Assembly: GCA_965366815.1 (NCBI GenBank)
Contig: CBDUGV010000004.1
Location: 1-58,523 of the forward strand
Reading direction: 5' to 3'
DNA: 58,523 bases
From: an uncultured Bdellovibrionales bacterium
GTDB lineage: Bacteria > Bdellovibrionota_C > UBA2361 > SZUA-149
A program made the translations under genes and the position numbers. Below the pieces are notes generated by a model that saw only the letters and a list, made by a program, of their open reading frames with translations, searched no databases and was not told the origin of the DNA. Positions within the stretch are counted from its first letter, which is position 1; the number at the start of each line of letters is the position of its first letter. This document shows, piece by piece, positions 37,986-47,547 of the stretch.

Positions 37986-39971
37986 TTGAATTCTCATACC
38001 ATGATGTCTACTAGCGATCTATCTCCCGAAGAAGACGAATCAACACCGATAACCTTTTCTTCAATAATTGACGATGCCGAAATACTAGCACGCCTCGACA
38101 AACTAGGGTTTCATACGCCAACTGATGTGCAACGGCTAGCTGTTCCACCGGCCATGGCCGGAAACGACGTAGTAGCTCAGGCACAGACCGGGAGCGGCAA
38201 GACCCTGGCATTTTCTTTGCCCCTGCTCAAGCGGCTCTACGAAAGCAGCCCGAGTAAGAAGGACACCTTCGCGCTGCTTATCGCACCAACGAGAGAACTG
38301 GCACTACAAATACAACAAGTCATCACTTCACTCGATGACGAGATTGCGCCTGTCTTGGTAATCGGCGGTGCCGACGAACAAAAACAACGCAAGGCCCTCG
38401 AACGAGATGCTCGAGTGGTAGTCGGTACACCGGGTCGCCTCTTGGACATGATTAAGCGCAAAGTCGTCAAACTGCGGACCTGCCGATACTTCGTTCTCGA
38501 CGAAGCAGACGAAATGCTTTCAATGGGTTTCATTGAGGACGTCCGCGCTATTCTTGCGAAGCTACCGAACAAACGACAGGGCATGTTCGTGAGCGCGACA
38601 ATCACACCGCGCGTCGACATGCTCGCGAACAGCTTCTTGTCAAAAGCCCAACAAATCAATGTGGCTGATTTCAAGGAAGACAAGGCACCTATTGAACATC
38701 TGTATTGCGAAGTGACAGGCGACCTGATGGCAAAACCTTCAGCTCTCTGTGACATCATCGAAACACAGCGACCGCGTTCGGCAATTATTTTTTGCAACAC
38801 GAAGTCGGACACCCAATTAGTCGAAGTACTTCTACGACGTCGTGGGTTCGATGCACGCCGAATCAATTCTGACCTCACTCAATCACAGCGAGAAAAAGTA
38901 ATTAAAAAGATTCGCGCCGAGGATCTACAATTGTTAGTAGCAACAGACATTGCTGCGCGAGGTCTCGATATTGAACAGATTGATTTGGTCGTAAACTATG
39001 CGATTCACGATCAGCCCGAAAGCTATGTCCACCGAACTGGACGTACTGGTCGAGCAGGCCGGGCTGGTCGAGCGATAAGCTTAGTCGGTCCGCGGGACTT
39101 CGGGGCCTTTCATTACTTGCAGAAAGTTGTCGACTTTGACTTCAATAAATTAGAGTTGCCGACCGACGAAGAAGTCGCAGCGGCACGTCTCGCGCACCTC
39201 TATGAGATACTTCGCACCCAAGAGATTGAGGTCGATGAGCGCCTGACAATGGTTGCGCAAAAACTGGTTCGCGACAATAGCGATATAGAGAATCCGCCCG
39301 AAGAACTGAGCGCAGCAATCGGAATGCTCTGTGGGTTCGCGACGGAACACTTCGTCAATCAGGAATCGAAAAGTCTTGACGAGGAACTCGAAGCGGCACC
39401 GCCTTCAAATGAGAAAGGTGACCGTCGACGAAAAGATCGAGGCAAAGATCGAGGCAAAGATCGTCCTCGCGAACGCGACCGGGACAGAGATCGAAACCAA
39501 AAAGCTGAAGGCAAGGAACGAGAACCTCGTAAGCGAGAAGCGAAAACTGAAGGACGCGAGCGAAAACCTCGAGAGAAGCGTACCGCACGTAAGGACTCGG
39601 ACAAAGACAGTGATTCCAGGGGACGGGATCGCTCCGCTGGTCGCAACAGAAAGAAGGACTCACGCGATCGCATACGCCTGTATATCGGCCAAGGCTCCGA
39701 ACATGGTTTAGACGCGGAGACCTTCACTAAGCTTGCGACAGAGCGTGCAGACATTGAGGGAAAGGATCTGCAACGCATCACGATTCGCAAGCACTACGGA
39801 TATGTCGATGCATTTCGTGAGCAGGCAACAGCTATGCTTGAAACGATGGCTGACATTGAGCACAACGGCCACAAGCTGCCTTTAGAAGTCGCTACTGTAT
39901 TTGAATACAAAGCGCCTAGAAACGCGAGAAACAATCGTCGCAATCACTCAAATTCTAGACGGGAAGACTAA
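37986..39971 (+). CDS. DEAD-box RNA helicase (DeaD/CsdA-like) with charged linker and DbpA-type C-terminal domain
   Basis: Q motif, AQTGSGKT, PTRELALQI, TPGRLLD, DEAD, SAT, ARGLD, HRTGRTGRAG. Likely start ATG 38001. Confidence 0.93.
   Translation: MNSHTMMSTSDLSPEEDESTPITFSSIIDDAEILARLDKLGFHTPTDVQRLAVPPAMAGNDVVAQAQTGSGKTLAFSLPLLKRLYESSPSKKDTFALLIAPTRELALQIQQVITSLDDEIAPVLVIGGADEQKQRKALERDARVVVGTPGRLLDMIKRKVVKLRTCRYFVLDEADEMLSMGFIEDVRAILAKLPNKRQGMFVSATITPRVDMLANSFLSKAQQINVADFKEDKAPIEHLYCEVTGDLMAKPSALCDIIETQRPRSAIIFCNTKSDTQLVEVLLRRRGFDARRINSDLTQSQREKVIKKIRAEDLQLLVATDIAARGLDIEQIDLVVNYAIHDQPESYVHRTGRTGRAGRAGRAISLVGPRDFGAFHYLQKVVDFDFNKLELPTDEEVAAARLAHLYEILRTQEIEVDERLTMVAQKLVRDNSDIENPPEELSAAIGMLCGFATEHFVNQESKSLDEELEAAPPSNEKGDRRRKDRGKDRGKDRPRERDRDRDRNQKAEGKEREPRKREAKTEGRERKPREKRTARKDSDKDSDSRGRDRSAGRNRKKDSRDRIRLYIGQGSEHGLDAETFTKLATERADIEGKDLQRITIRKHYGYVDAFREQATAMLETMADIEHNGHKLPLEVATVFEYKAPRNARNNRRNHSNSRRED
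39432..39463 (+). repeat. 2.7 x 12-bp coding tandem repeat (KDRG)
   Basis: aaagatcgaggc aaagatcgaggc aaagatcg. Confidence 0.9.
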
Positions 39972-39976
39972 GCAAC

Positions 39977-41236
39977 ATGAGTAAGCAATCCGAGGAGTCC
40001 GGGACGATGTTCCACGGGTTCCGCCCGGTACCGCGTACCGGTGTCATTTATGTAATGACAGAAGCGGCAAAACTTGGCTTCCGCGACGAGAGAGAAAAAT
40101 GGTCCAATCTCGGCCAAGGAGCTCCAGAGACCACTGCGATCCCGGGGGCCCCAGCTCGCATTTCTTCGGTGGAGATAGCGATCGAAGATCTCGAGTACTC
40201 GCCGGTTGTCGGTATGGATGAGTTACGAGACGCTGTTGCGAATCTCTATAATCACCGCTACCGACAAGGAAAGGCCTCGCAGTATACTCGTGAGAACGTC
40301 ACGATCTGTGCCGGTGGACGACTGGCCCTGACTCGCCTCGTCTCAACGCTCGGCAAAACAAATCTTGGCCATTTTCTTCCAGACTACACCGCGTACGAAG
40401 AACTGCTCGATAGCTTCAATCGATTTGTACCGATTCCGATACTGCGAGAAACCGAGGAGGACTATCGATTTACTGCAGAACAGTTGCGACGAGAGATTCT
40501 AGGTCGAGGTGTCTCTGCCGTCCTCCTTTCGAACCCAAGCAACCCGACCGGCGCACTGATTGAAGGCGAACAGCTGAAAGCCTGGGTTCAAACTGCACGA
40601 GAATTAGAGTGTGCACTTATTTTCGATGAGTTCTATTCCCATTATGTCTACGGCGATCGACCCTATGTCTCGGCGGCTGAATATGTCGATGACGTTGATC
40701 GCGATCCCGTCCTGCTCTTTGACGGCCTGACCAAGAATTGGCGCTATCCAGGTTTTCGAGTCTCTTGGACAGTTGGCCCGCCTGAAATCATTAATGCGAT
40801 AGCTTCAGCGGGTAGCTTTCTCGATGGCGGATGCCCGCGACCCTTGCAACTCGCGAGTCTCCCGCTCCTCGATCCGAAGTTTGCAGATCAAGAGGCCTCG
40901 GCATTGCGAACTTTGTTTCGCGAGAAGCGCCAACTTATGGTCGATGGTCTTCGCGAACTCGGTATCAAAATATCAGTCCCACCTCCAGGCACATTTTACT
41001 GTTGGGCCGATCTGAGTGAGCTTCCGAAAGAGTTAAATACCGGCATGAAATTATTTCGTAGAGCGTTGCAAGAGAAAGTAATACTAGTCCCCGGGGTCTT
41101 CTTTGACATCAATCCGGGACACCGCAGGCCCGATCGTGCGAGTCGCTTTGGCCATTTCGCGCGTTTTTCCTTTGGGCCACCAGTTGAGGAGTTGCAGTTA
41201 GGGCTCAAGTCGTTGGAACGTGTAATTAAAGGTTAG
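39977..41236 (+). CDS. PLP-dependent aminotransferase, class I/II
   Basis: NLGQGAPE, SNPSNPTG, IFDEFY, GLTKNWRYPGFRV. Confidence 0.9.
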   Translation: MSKQSEESGTMFHGFRPVPRTGVIYVMTEAAKLGFRDEREKWSNLGQGAPETTAIPGAPARISSVEIAIEDLEYSPVVGMDELRDAVANLYNHRYRQGKASQYTRENVTICAGGRLALTRLVSTLGKTNLGHFLPDYTAYEELLDSFNRFVPIPILRETEEDYRFTAEQLRREILGRGVSAVLLSNPSNPTGALIEGEQLKAWVQTARELECALIFDEFYSHYVYGDRPYVSAAEYVDDVDRDPVLLFDGLTKNWRYPGFRVSWTVGPPEIINAIASAGSFLDGGCPRPLQLASLPLLDPKFADQEASALRTLFREKRQLMVDGLRELGIKISVPPPGTFYCWADLSELPKELNTGMKLFRRALQEKVILVPGVFFDINPGHRRPDRASRFGHFARFSFGPPVEELQLGLKSLERVIKG

Positions 41237-41240
41237 GCTC

Positions 41241-41693
41241 ATGTCATACTGGCTCGTTAAAACTGAACCAAGCGTATATTCCATTGATGACTTGCAGAAA
41301 GACAAAGTCACTCCCTGGGACGAAGTCCGCAACTATCAAGCCCGCAACAACCTACGTGAGATGAAGAAGGGGGATCAGGTGTTGATCTATCATTCGAACG
41401 CCGAACCTCCATGCATTGCCGGACTTGGAAAAGTAGCGAAAGAAGCCTACCCTGACGCTTCGCAGTTCAACAAAAGAAGCAAATACTACGATGAGAAGGC
41501 GACCAAAGAGAATCCGCGTTGGTTCTCGCCTGATATCCAGTTCGTGAAGAAATTTAAAGAGATACTTTCTCTCCAAGACATCAAAAGTGATAAGAAACTT
41601 GCAAAGATGGTACTAACTCAGCGCGGCTCTCGATTAAGCGTCCAACCAGTAACCAAGTCCGAATTCGATCACATTCTAAAAGTGGTTGGCTAA
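41241..41693 (+). CDS. EVE domain protein
   Basis: YWLVKTEP, WDEVRNYQARNNLREMKKGD..L.YHSN, RGSRLSVQPV. Confidence 0.93.
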   Translation: MSYWLVKTEPSVYSIDDLQKDKVTPWDEVRNYQARNNLREMKKGDQVLIYHSNAEPPCIAGLGKVAKEAYPDASQFNKRSKYYDEKATKENPRWFSPDIQFVKKFKEILSLQDIKSDKKLAKMVLTQRGSRLSVQPVTKSEFDHILKVVG

Positions 41694-41747
41694 CAACGCA
41701 TTCCTCTACTACCCTACCTCAACCTCGATTTCTCCATTATCGTCTGT

Positions 41748-42581
41748 TTAGGTATCAGGAGCCTCCTCGTTGCGTACTCTACGATGTTTCAACGCGACAC
41801 TCCTATACGTACCGACTACAACGAGTAGACTTAGAATAGAAGCGCAGTGCATGATCGCTGCGGATAGAAGCTCTGCTCCAACATACCAACTATACCAAAT
41901 CCCAAGAGCATCTTTTGTAATTGTACCTGCGTCTCGAACCCACGATACTCCGCCGGTTCGTTCCGACTGCCAAATTCGAAATGCTTGTAAGAGATTCATC
42001 CCAACCACCAACACCGCAAGAGCCAAGGTAATCGTATCGATGTGAACCGCAAGAATGCGTAGATAGGCACGCCCGATAAATGGAGTCACGCATAGTATCA
42101 ACGCGAGAATCGCTAGAAGAAAACAACTGAGGAAGAACGAGAGCTTGGCACGAAAGACTTTCTGCTCACGGTAGATGTAAAACAGAACTATCCAAGTCAG
42201 AAATATCGCCGGTGTTCTTGTCCAGACTAATACGTGATCGAAATAGCTTCGCGAAAGACCAATTGCCGTAAAGAGATAGAATGCGAGAAAGATAACGAAA
42301 TAGCGCAAAGGCTCCATGGATTGCGAGGCGAGTTCTGAGAGCTCGCCTCGCTCTTTGCTTCGTCGTCGACGAACCACCTTTACAACTTGCGCCAACATGC
42401 CCCCGACGGAAAAGACGAGATAAGAGACAGCGGCAAATAATGCTGGGGCAGAAACCATTGTCATGCCAGAATATCGATTTACCGTCGTTTCGCAAACAAT
42501 CTCTATGAAACTGAAAGGCGCACTTGTCTTACTACGTATGCCAATCATCTGCTGGTCTGGGTACGCACCAGTCGATCGCAT
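41748..42581 (-). CDS. Seven-TM membrane protein, PQ-loop/SWEET-like
   Basis: Seven hydrophobic segments; MLAQVVKVVRRRRS and NLLQAFRIWQSERTGGVS resemble PQ-loop motifs. Likely start ATG 42464. Confidence 0.5.
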   Translation of the reverse strand: MRSTGAYPDQQMIGIRSKTSAPFSFIEIVCETTVNRYSGMTMVSAPALFAAVSYLVFSVGGMLAQVVKVVRRRRSKERGELSELASQSMEPLRYFVIFLAFYLFTAIGLSRSYFDHVLVWTRTPAIFLTWIVLFYIYREQKVFRAKLSFFLSCFLLAILALILCVTPFIGRAYLRILAVHIDTITLALAVLVVGMNLLQAFRIWQSERTGGVSWVRDAGTITKDALGIWYSWYVGAELLSAAIMHCASILSLLVVVGTYRSVALKHRRVRNEEAPDT

Positions 42582-42674
42582 TACCTGGTGGCTCGAAGCA
42601 GCACCTGTTTTTGCTGGTATAGTCGGAATCTACTCCTAGGGAAGAAGATTTCCCCGGTCAATGAGCTCTAGCGC

Positions 42675-43211
42675 TTAGCTGCCCATCCGTGATCGAATTG
42701 CACGGCGGGTGGGAATTATCAGTGCGAGTAGCACTCCGATCCAGACACACAGTATTGCGTTTTTCCAATCGGCATGACGCATCTGTAGTGGAATCAGTTC
42801 ATTTGCCAACCAGACGATTCCCAAGGCAAGTCCAGGGACTACAAGCAAGTAGGCAACGAAATCCCAAACGATATTGCGCGTTGAGCGGTTCTCCCAATCA
42901 GCCATCGTCTTGCGGTATACCGGGACTGGACCTTGTGGAGTGGGAATTGTTCTCTCCCCCAAAAGCAATCGGAAAAAAGCGTAGCCCAATCCGAACAAAC
43001 CACCAATCCAAAGAACAAAGACAATTCGGCTCCAATCGCGTCGTTCAAGTTGGACATCGAAGAAAAAGATATATCCGAGCACCAGGCAAAGCGCGACGAA
43101 AGGAAGTCCGAAGGCGATGAGATTAAATCGATATATCAGACTGCGTGTCTCTTGGTGTTCTCGTCGTCTAGGATTCTCTTCCATCACCAATCTCAAATGT
43201 CGTTTTGCCAA
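42675..43211 (-). CDS. Four-TM hypothetical protein with an internal duplication
   Basis: Q....DW-x7-WIG occurs twice. Confidence 0.65.
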   Translation of the reverse strand: MAKRHLRLVMEENPRRREHQETRSLIYRFNLIAFGLPFVALCLVLGYIFFFDVQLERRDWSRIVFVLWIGGLFGLGYAFFRLLLGERTIPTPQGPVPVYRKTMADWENRSTRNIVWDFVAYLLVVPGLALGIVWLANELIPLQMRHADWKNAILCVWIGVLLALIIPTRRAIRSRMGS

Positions 43212-44694
43212 GGGCTGCTACCATGAAACTTATCAGTGTCCCGACAACGGTATGCCAGGTCCAACCAAGTTCAAAAAAGAGAGCCTTTCGAACGCAAGTA
43301 ACTGCTAGCACACCTGCAAAAAGACCACACAGTATACTTGTTGTGCTTCCACGCTTCGTAAAGATTGCAGTTAGAAATACACCCAAAACGGGGCCGTAAA
43401 AAAGTGCCATTATTCCGAGAGCTAAGGTCAGCAGTTCACTTGTCCGGCCCAAATCCCCATCCGCTGCTACTTCGGCGACAATAGCTTGATGACTTGCGGC
43501 CAAGAACACTGCGGCGACAGCTAACACTACTCCCCAAAACAGCGAAATACCACGAGAGAGTCGCAGCAATTGTCGCTCACTTAAAGCAGCACCACGCCGA
43601 ATGGGCACAAATATATCAGTCACACTTACCGCCGATAATGCAGTCAATGCGGAATCGAGACTCGACATCGCAGCGGCCAAGATCGCTGCAACGAGCAGAC
43701 CCCGTATACCGCTTGGCAGTTCCGTTGCGATGAAAAACGGGAACACCGACTCCCCGCTACCGGGTGGCGTCGCGTTTTGATAAAACAGCCAAAGCGCAAG
43801 CCCAACGCTCACAAACAGGAGAGCGACTGGTATCTCGACCAGTCCGGCGAGTATCAGCGCTCGTTTACTTTCTTTGCTCGTCCGACAGGCAAGCATTCGC
43901 TGAACCATATCCTGGTCAGTTCCATGCGTCGCAACTCCAAGACTAAAGCCGCCAACTATCGCACCAACAAACGTATACGGATTCTTCCAAAACGCTGCGG
44001 AGAAAATATCGATTTGAAAATCGAACATCTTCAACTTGCGAGCGCTGTCAAGCATTGCAACCGATGAATGCCAAGCATCGAGTTCCCAGAAAATAAACAA
44101 TAGTACGTAGCAAGCAACTGCCAGGAACAACACTGCTTGCATTGCATCGGTCCATACGACGGCACGCAAGCCTCCAAACACCGCATAGACAATCGCGACA
44201 ACCGCTATCCCAACGATGACAGTCGGAATGGGAACACCAATGATGGTCGCAACCGCAAGTGCTGCAATATAGAGTCGGGCACCACTTGCCAGCGTCCTGC
44301 CAAAAGAGAAAAACAGCGCACACACTACCTGCACGACTGAGCTAAATCGCTTCGCGAGATACTCGTAGACGGTGACGACTCCATGTCGGTAGTAGACCTC
44401 GATGAAAAAATATGCGAGGAAGAAGCGCGAACAAATCGCTCCAATCGTTGTCTGCAAATAAGCAAGGTCACCCCGAAAGGCAGTATCTGGCCCGCCAATG
44501 AATGTTGCAGCACTCGTTTCGGTGGCGATTATGGAAGCGGTAACAGCGAGAACTCCCAGGCTTCGGCCAGCCAGAAAATACTCTCTGAGTGCATTTTTCT
44601 TGCTATCCAAGCGCATCTGGCGGCTGGCGATTCCCCCAAGTAGCATAACTGCAGCCATATACGTGGCTACGATAAGCCAGTCGAGCAGAGTCAT
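43168..44694 (-). CDS. Sodium:solute symporter (SSS) family transporter
   Basis: EYFLAGRSL, ATETSAATFIGGP, FGGLRAVVWTDAMQ, DQDMVQRMLA, AAAMSSLDS. Confidence 0.93.
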   Translation of the reverse strand: MTLLDWLIVATYMAAVMLLGGIASRQMRLDSKKNALREYFLAGRSLGVLAVTASIIATETSAATFIGGPDTAFRGDLAYLQTTIGAICSRFFLAYFFIEVYYRHGVVTVYEYLAKRFSSVVQVVCALFFSFGRTLASGARLYIAALAVATIIGVPIPTVIVGIAVVAIVYAVFGGLRAVVWTDAMQAVLFLAVACYVLLFIFWELDAWHSSVAMLDSARKLKMFDFQIDIFSAAFWKNPYTFVGAIVGGFSLGVATHGTDQDMVQRMLACRTSKESKRALILAGLVEIPVALLFVSVGLALWLFYQNATPPGSGESVFPFFIATELPSGIRGLLVAAILAAAMSSLDSALTALSAVSVTDIFVPIRRGAALSERQLLRLSRGISLFWGVVLAVAAVFLAASHQAIVAEVAADGDLGRTSELLTLALGIMALFYGPVLGVFLTAIFTKRGSTTSILCGLFAGVLAVTCVRKALFFELGWTWHTVVGTLISFMVAALGKTTFEIGDGRES

Positions 44695-44836
44695 AGCGAT
44701 TTCGGCCTATAGAGCGAGGGGCTAAAGTTGGAGAAGGTAAAGATACTGAGAAGGTTGCTGTTCAAATTTCCTCGACAAGTCGCTATAACCAGTGTTCCTC
44801 ATTATCGTTGTATCTAAAGTATAGAGCTTTGTATTT

Positions 44837-45850
44837 ATGATTATTATCCTAAAGAAAGGCGCAGGGCAGGAAGATGCCTCCCCGATTCTCGACCAAATCC
44901 GTGCGCTCGGCCTGGAGCCGCTCTACATGCCTGGTGAAGAGAAAATCGTAATTGGCGCCATTGGAGACGAGCGGGTTCTTGCCAAGCTGCAACTTGAAGC
45001 AGTCAGTACAGTTGAGCGGGTAGTTCCGATCCTCAAGCCCTATAAACTCAGCAACCGCGAATTTCAACAAGAACGTTCTCAGATAAAGGTGCAAGATGTC
45101 ACTTTTGGCGGAGAAGAACTGGTTGTTATTGCCGGACCCTGTTCAGTTGAATCAGAAGAACAAATTATCACCGCAGCTCGTGCGGTAAAGGAAGCAGGAG
45201 CGCATATGTTGCGCGGTGGGGCATTTAAACCGCGCACCTCGCCCTATTCCTTTCAAGGGCTTGAGCAAGAAGGACTTCGACTACTACAACTTGCACGCGA
45301 AGAGACTGGTCTTCCGGTAATTACGGAACTCGTCAGCGAACACGATATTCAAGCGGTAGCTGACGCTGCTGATATGTTTCAAATTGGCGCTCGCAACATG
45401 CAGAACTTTCGCCTTCTCAAGGCGGTCGGAGAGACTCGAGTACCGGTAATGCTGAAACGAGGTCCTGCGGCCAGCATGAGTGACTTCTTGATGGCAGCGG
45501 AATACATCATGTCAGAGGGGAACTCGAACGTAGTTCTCTGCGAGCGGGGAATTAAGAGCTTTTTTAATGATACGAGAAACACCTTCGACCTCTCGATTAT
45601 TCCACTCTTGAAGCAAGAAACGCATTTACCAATCGTTGCCGACCCCTCGCATGGAACAGGGGTCCGGTCTATTGTTGGCGATATGTCCCTCGCCGCAGTT
45701 GCGGCGGGAGCCGATGGATTGATAATTGAAGTACATCCGAAACCGGAAGAAGCACTCTCCGATGGGTTTCAACAGCTTACCCCTGCCGAATTTTCCGCAT
45801 TGACTGGCCGGATTCAGTCCGTGGCCAAAGCCGTCGGGAGAGGATACTAG
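44837..45850 (+). CDS. aroF: DAHP synthase, class I-beta, with N-terminal regulatory domain
   Basis: [58 protein letters not shown]. Confidence 0.95.
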   Translation: MIIILKKGAGQEDASPILDQIRALGLEPLYMPGEEKIVIGAIGDERVLAKLQLEAVSTVERVVPILKPYKLSNREFQQERSQIKVQDVTFGGEELVVIAGPCSVESEEQIITAARAVKEAGAHMLRGGAFKPRTSPYSFQGLEQEGLRLLQLAREETGLPVITELVSEHDIQAVADAADMFQIGARNMQNFRLLKAVGETRVPVMLKRGPAASMSDFLMAAEYIMSEGNSNVVLCERGIKSFFNDTRNTFDLSIIPLLKQETHLPIVADPSHGTGVRSIVGDMSLAAVAAGADGLIIEVHPKPEEALSDGFQQLTPAEFSALTGRIQSVAKAVGRGY

Positions 45851-45857
45851 CTCACCG

Positions 45858-46673
45858 ATGTCTTTACTACGCTCTGAGTATAATGTGTTCCTCCTGCTCT
45901 ACGAATTCTTTCGCGATATCTATCTGTATCGCGAGTATCTGAAACAGTCCGTCGCACGAGACCTTCGCCGTCGCTACAAGCGATCGGTATTAGGTTATTT
46001 TTGGAGCATGCTCAATCCATTGATGATGATGGTCATTCTCTCAGTGGTCTTTTCGAATATCATGCGGCAAAATATTGAGGACTACGCCGTTTTCCTTTTC
46101 TGCGGCATGCTTCCCTACTCCTGTTTTAACGGCACGAGCATGGGGTGCCTCTGGTCAATTCGCGCCAACGCGAAAATCATCGAGCAAATCGCAATTCCCA
46201 AATATATTTTTCCGCTCTCCATCGGATTTTCAGCACTTATCGACTTCATACTCTCAATCGTCCCACTTTTGTTAGTTATGATTGTTGTCGGCCGACCGAT
46301 TACTTGGACCGTTCTCGCCTTACCGATTATCATTTTGCCACTCTTCCTCGTGTCTATGGGAGTTGGCCTACTGGTCGCGGCCTCAAACGTGTTTTTTGAG
46401 GACACCCAACACCTAACGGAGGTGCTATTCCGCGCCTTGTATTTTCTTTGTCCCATCTTGTATAGTCGAGAACTACTTCCCGACTGGCTCCAGGAATGGG
46501 TCGTTCTCAATCCCGTGTTCTGCTTGATTGAATTTGCCCGCGGAATCTTCTACGGCGGGACAATGCCGGACTGGGAAGTCTATACGGTGAATTTCTTAGG
46601 CTGTTTGGCAATTCTCATGCTTGGTCTCTGGGTATTTCGTCGAACTGAAAAAAAGTTTGTCTATTTCCTTTAA
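45858..46673 (+). CDS. ABC-2 polysaccharide export permease (Wzm/TagG-like)
   Basis: RDLRRRYKRSVLGYFWSMLNPL, FEDTQHL, LYFLCPILY, LNPV. Confidence 0.9.
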   Translation: MSLLRSEYNVFLLLYEFFRDIYLYREYLKQSVARDLRRRYKRSVLGYFWSMLNPLMMMVILSVVFSNIMRQNIEDYAVFLFCGMLPYSCFNGTSMGCLWSIRANAKIIEQIAIPKYIFPLSIGFSALIDFILSIVPLLLVMIVVGRPITWTVLALPIIILPLFLVSMGVGLLVAASNVFFEDTQHLTEVLFRALYFLCPILYSRELLPDWLQEWVVLNPVFCLIEFARGIFYGGTMPDWEVYTVNFLGCLAILMLGLWVFRRTEKKFVYFL

Positions 46674-46692
46674 TCGATTGGTGGCGTAAGCG

Positions 46693-47541
46693 ATGGATGC
46701 TGCAACCCAAGAGTCAATGGTTCGAAGAACGCCGACGCGAAAGATCCCCGGCTATGCGCGAGAGGAGGTCTCACCCGACCTGCCCGCGGTTGAAGTAAAG
46801 GACGTGACAATCAAGTTTCGCTCTTACGAAAGACGACCGACCACTATTAAGGAATCGTTTTTGACGCTTTTTCGTGAAGGCAGGGTTAAGCACTACCGCA
46901 CTTTTGAAGCACTGAAAGGCATTTCGATTCAAGTACCTCGTGGTGGCATTTTTGGAATCATCGGCGCAAACGGTGCTGGTAAAAGCACGATGCTGAGAAC
47001 CATTACCGGCGTACTTCCTCCCTCACAAGGAGAAGTAGTGGTGCGAGGAAGAATCGATTCTTTGATCGAACTTGGAGCTGGCTTCGATCACGAACTCAAT
47101 GCTATCGAGAACATCTACCTCAATCGCTCACTGTTTGGCATGACTCGAAGCGAGATTAAGAAACGAGTTCCGGCGATTATCGAGTTTGCTGAGTTAGAAG
47201 ATTTTGCAACGACTCCTATTAAGTATTATTCCTCTGGAATGTCAGCCCGGCTTGGTTTTGCGGTAGCCATTGATCGAGAACCAGACATTCTCGTCGTCGA
47301 TGAAGTGCTCGCTGTCGGAGACGAACGATTTCATCTCAAGTGCATGGATGTCATCAAACGATTTCTCAAGCAGAAAAAAACCATTGTGATTGTAAGCCAT
47401 AACCTAGAACAGGTTCGCTTGATGGCGGATCAAGTTGCCCTTCTTTCAAAGGGGCGTCTGGTGTATCTCGGAGACCCCGCCGAAGCAATTGATCGCTATC
47501 GTGACGAATCGTATCTTGCGCACCAGCAGAAAGGGTCCTAG
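46693..47541 (+). CDS. ABC polysaccharide export ATPase (Wzt/TagH-like), no C-terminal carbohydrate-binding domain
   Basis: GANGAGKST, ELGAGF..ELNAIEN, YSSGMSARL, ILVVDEVLAVGD. Confidence 0.92.
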   Translation: MDAATQESMVRRTPTRKIPGYAREEVSPDLPAVEVKDVTIKFRSYERRPTTIKESFLTLFREGRVKHYRTFEALKGISIQVPRGGIFGIIGANGAGKSTMLRTITGVLPPSQGEVVVRGRIDSLIELGAGFDHELNAIENIYLNRSLFGMTRSEIKKRVPAIIEFAELEDFATTPIKYYSSGMSARLGFAVAIDREPDILVVDEVLAVGDERFHLKCMDVIKRFLKQKKTIVIVSHNLEQVRLMADQVALLSKGRLVYLGDPAEAIDRYRDESYLAHQQKGS

Positions 47542-47547
47542 ACCCCG

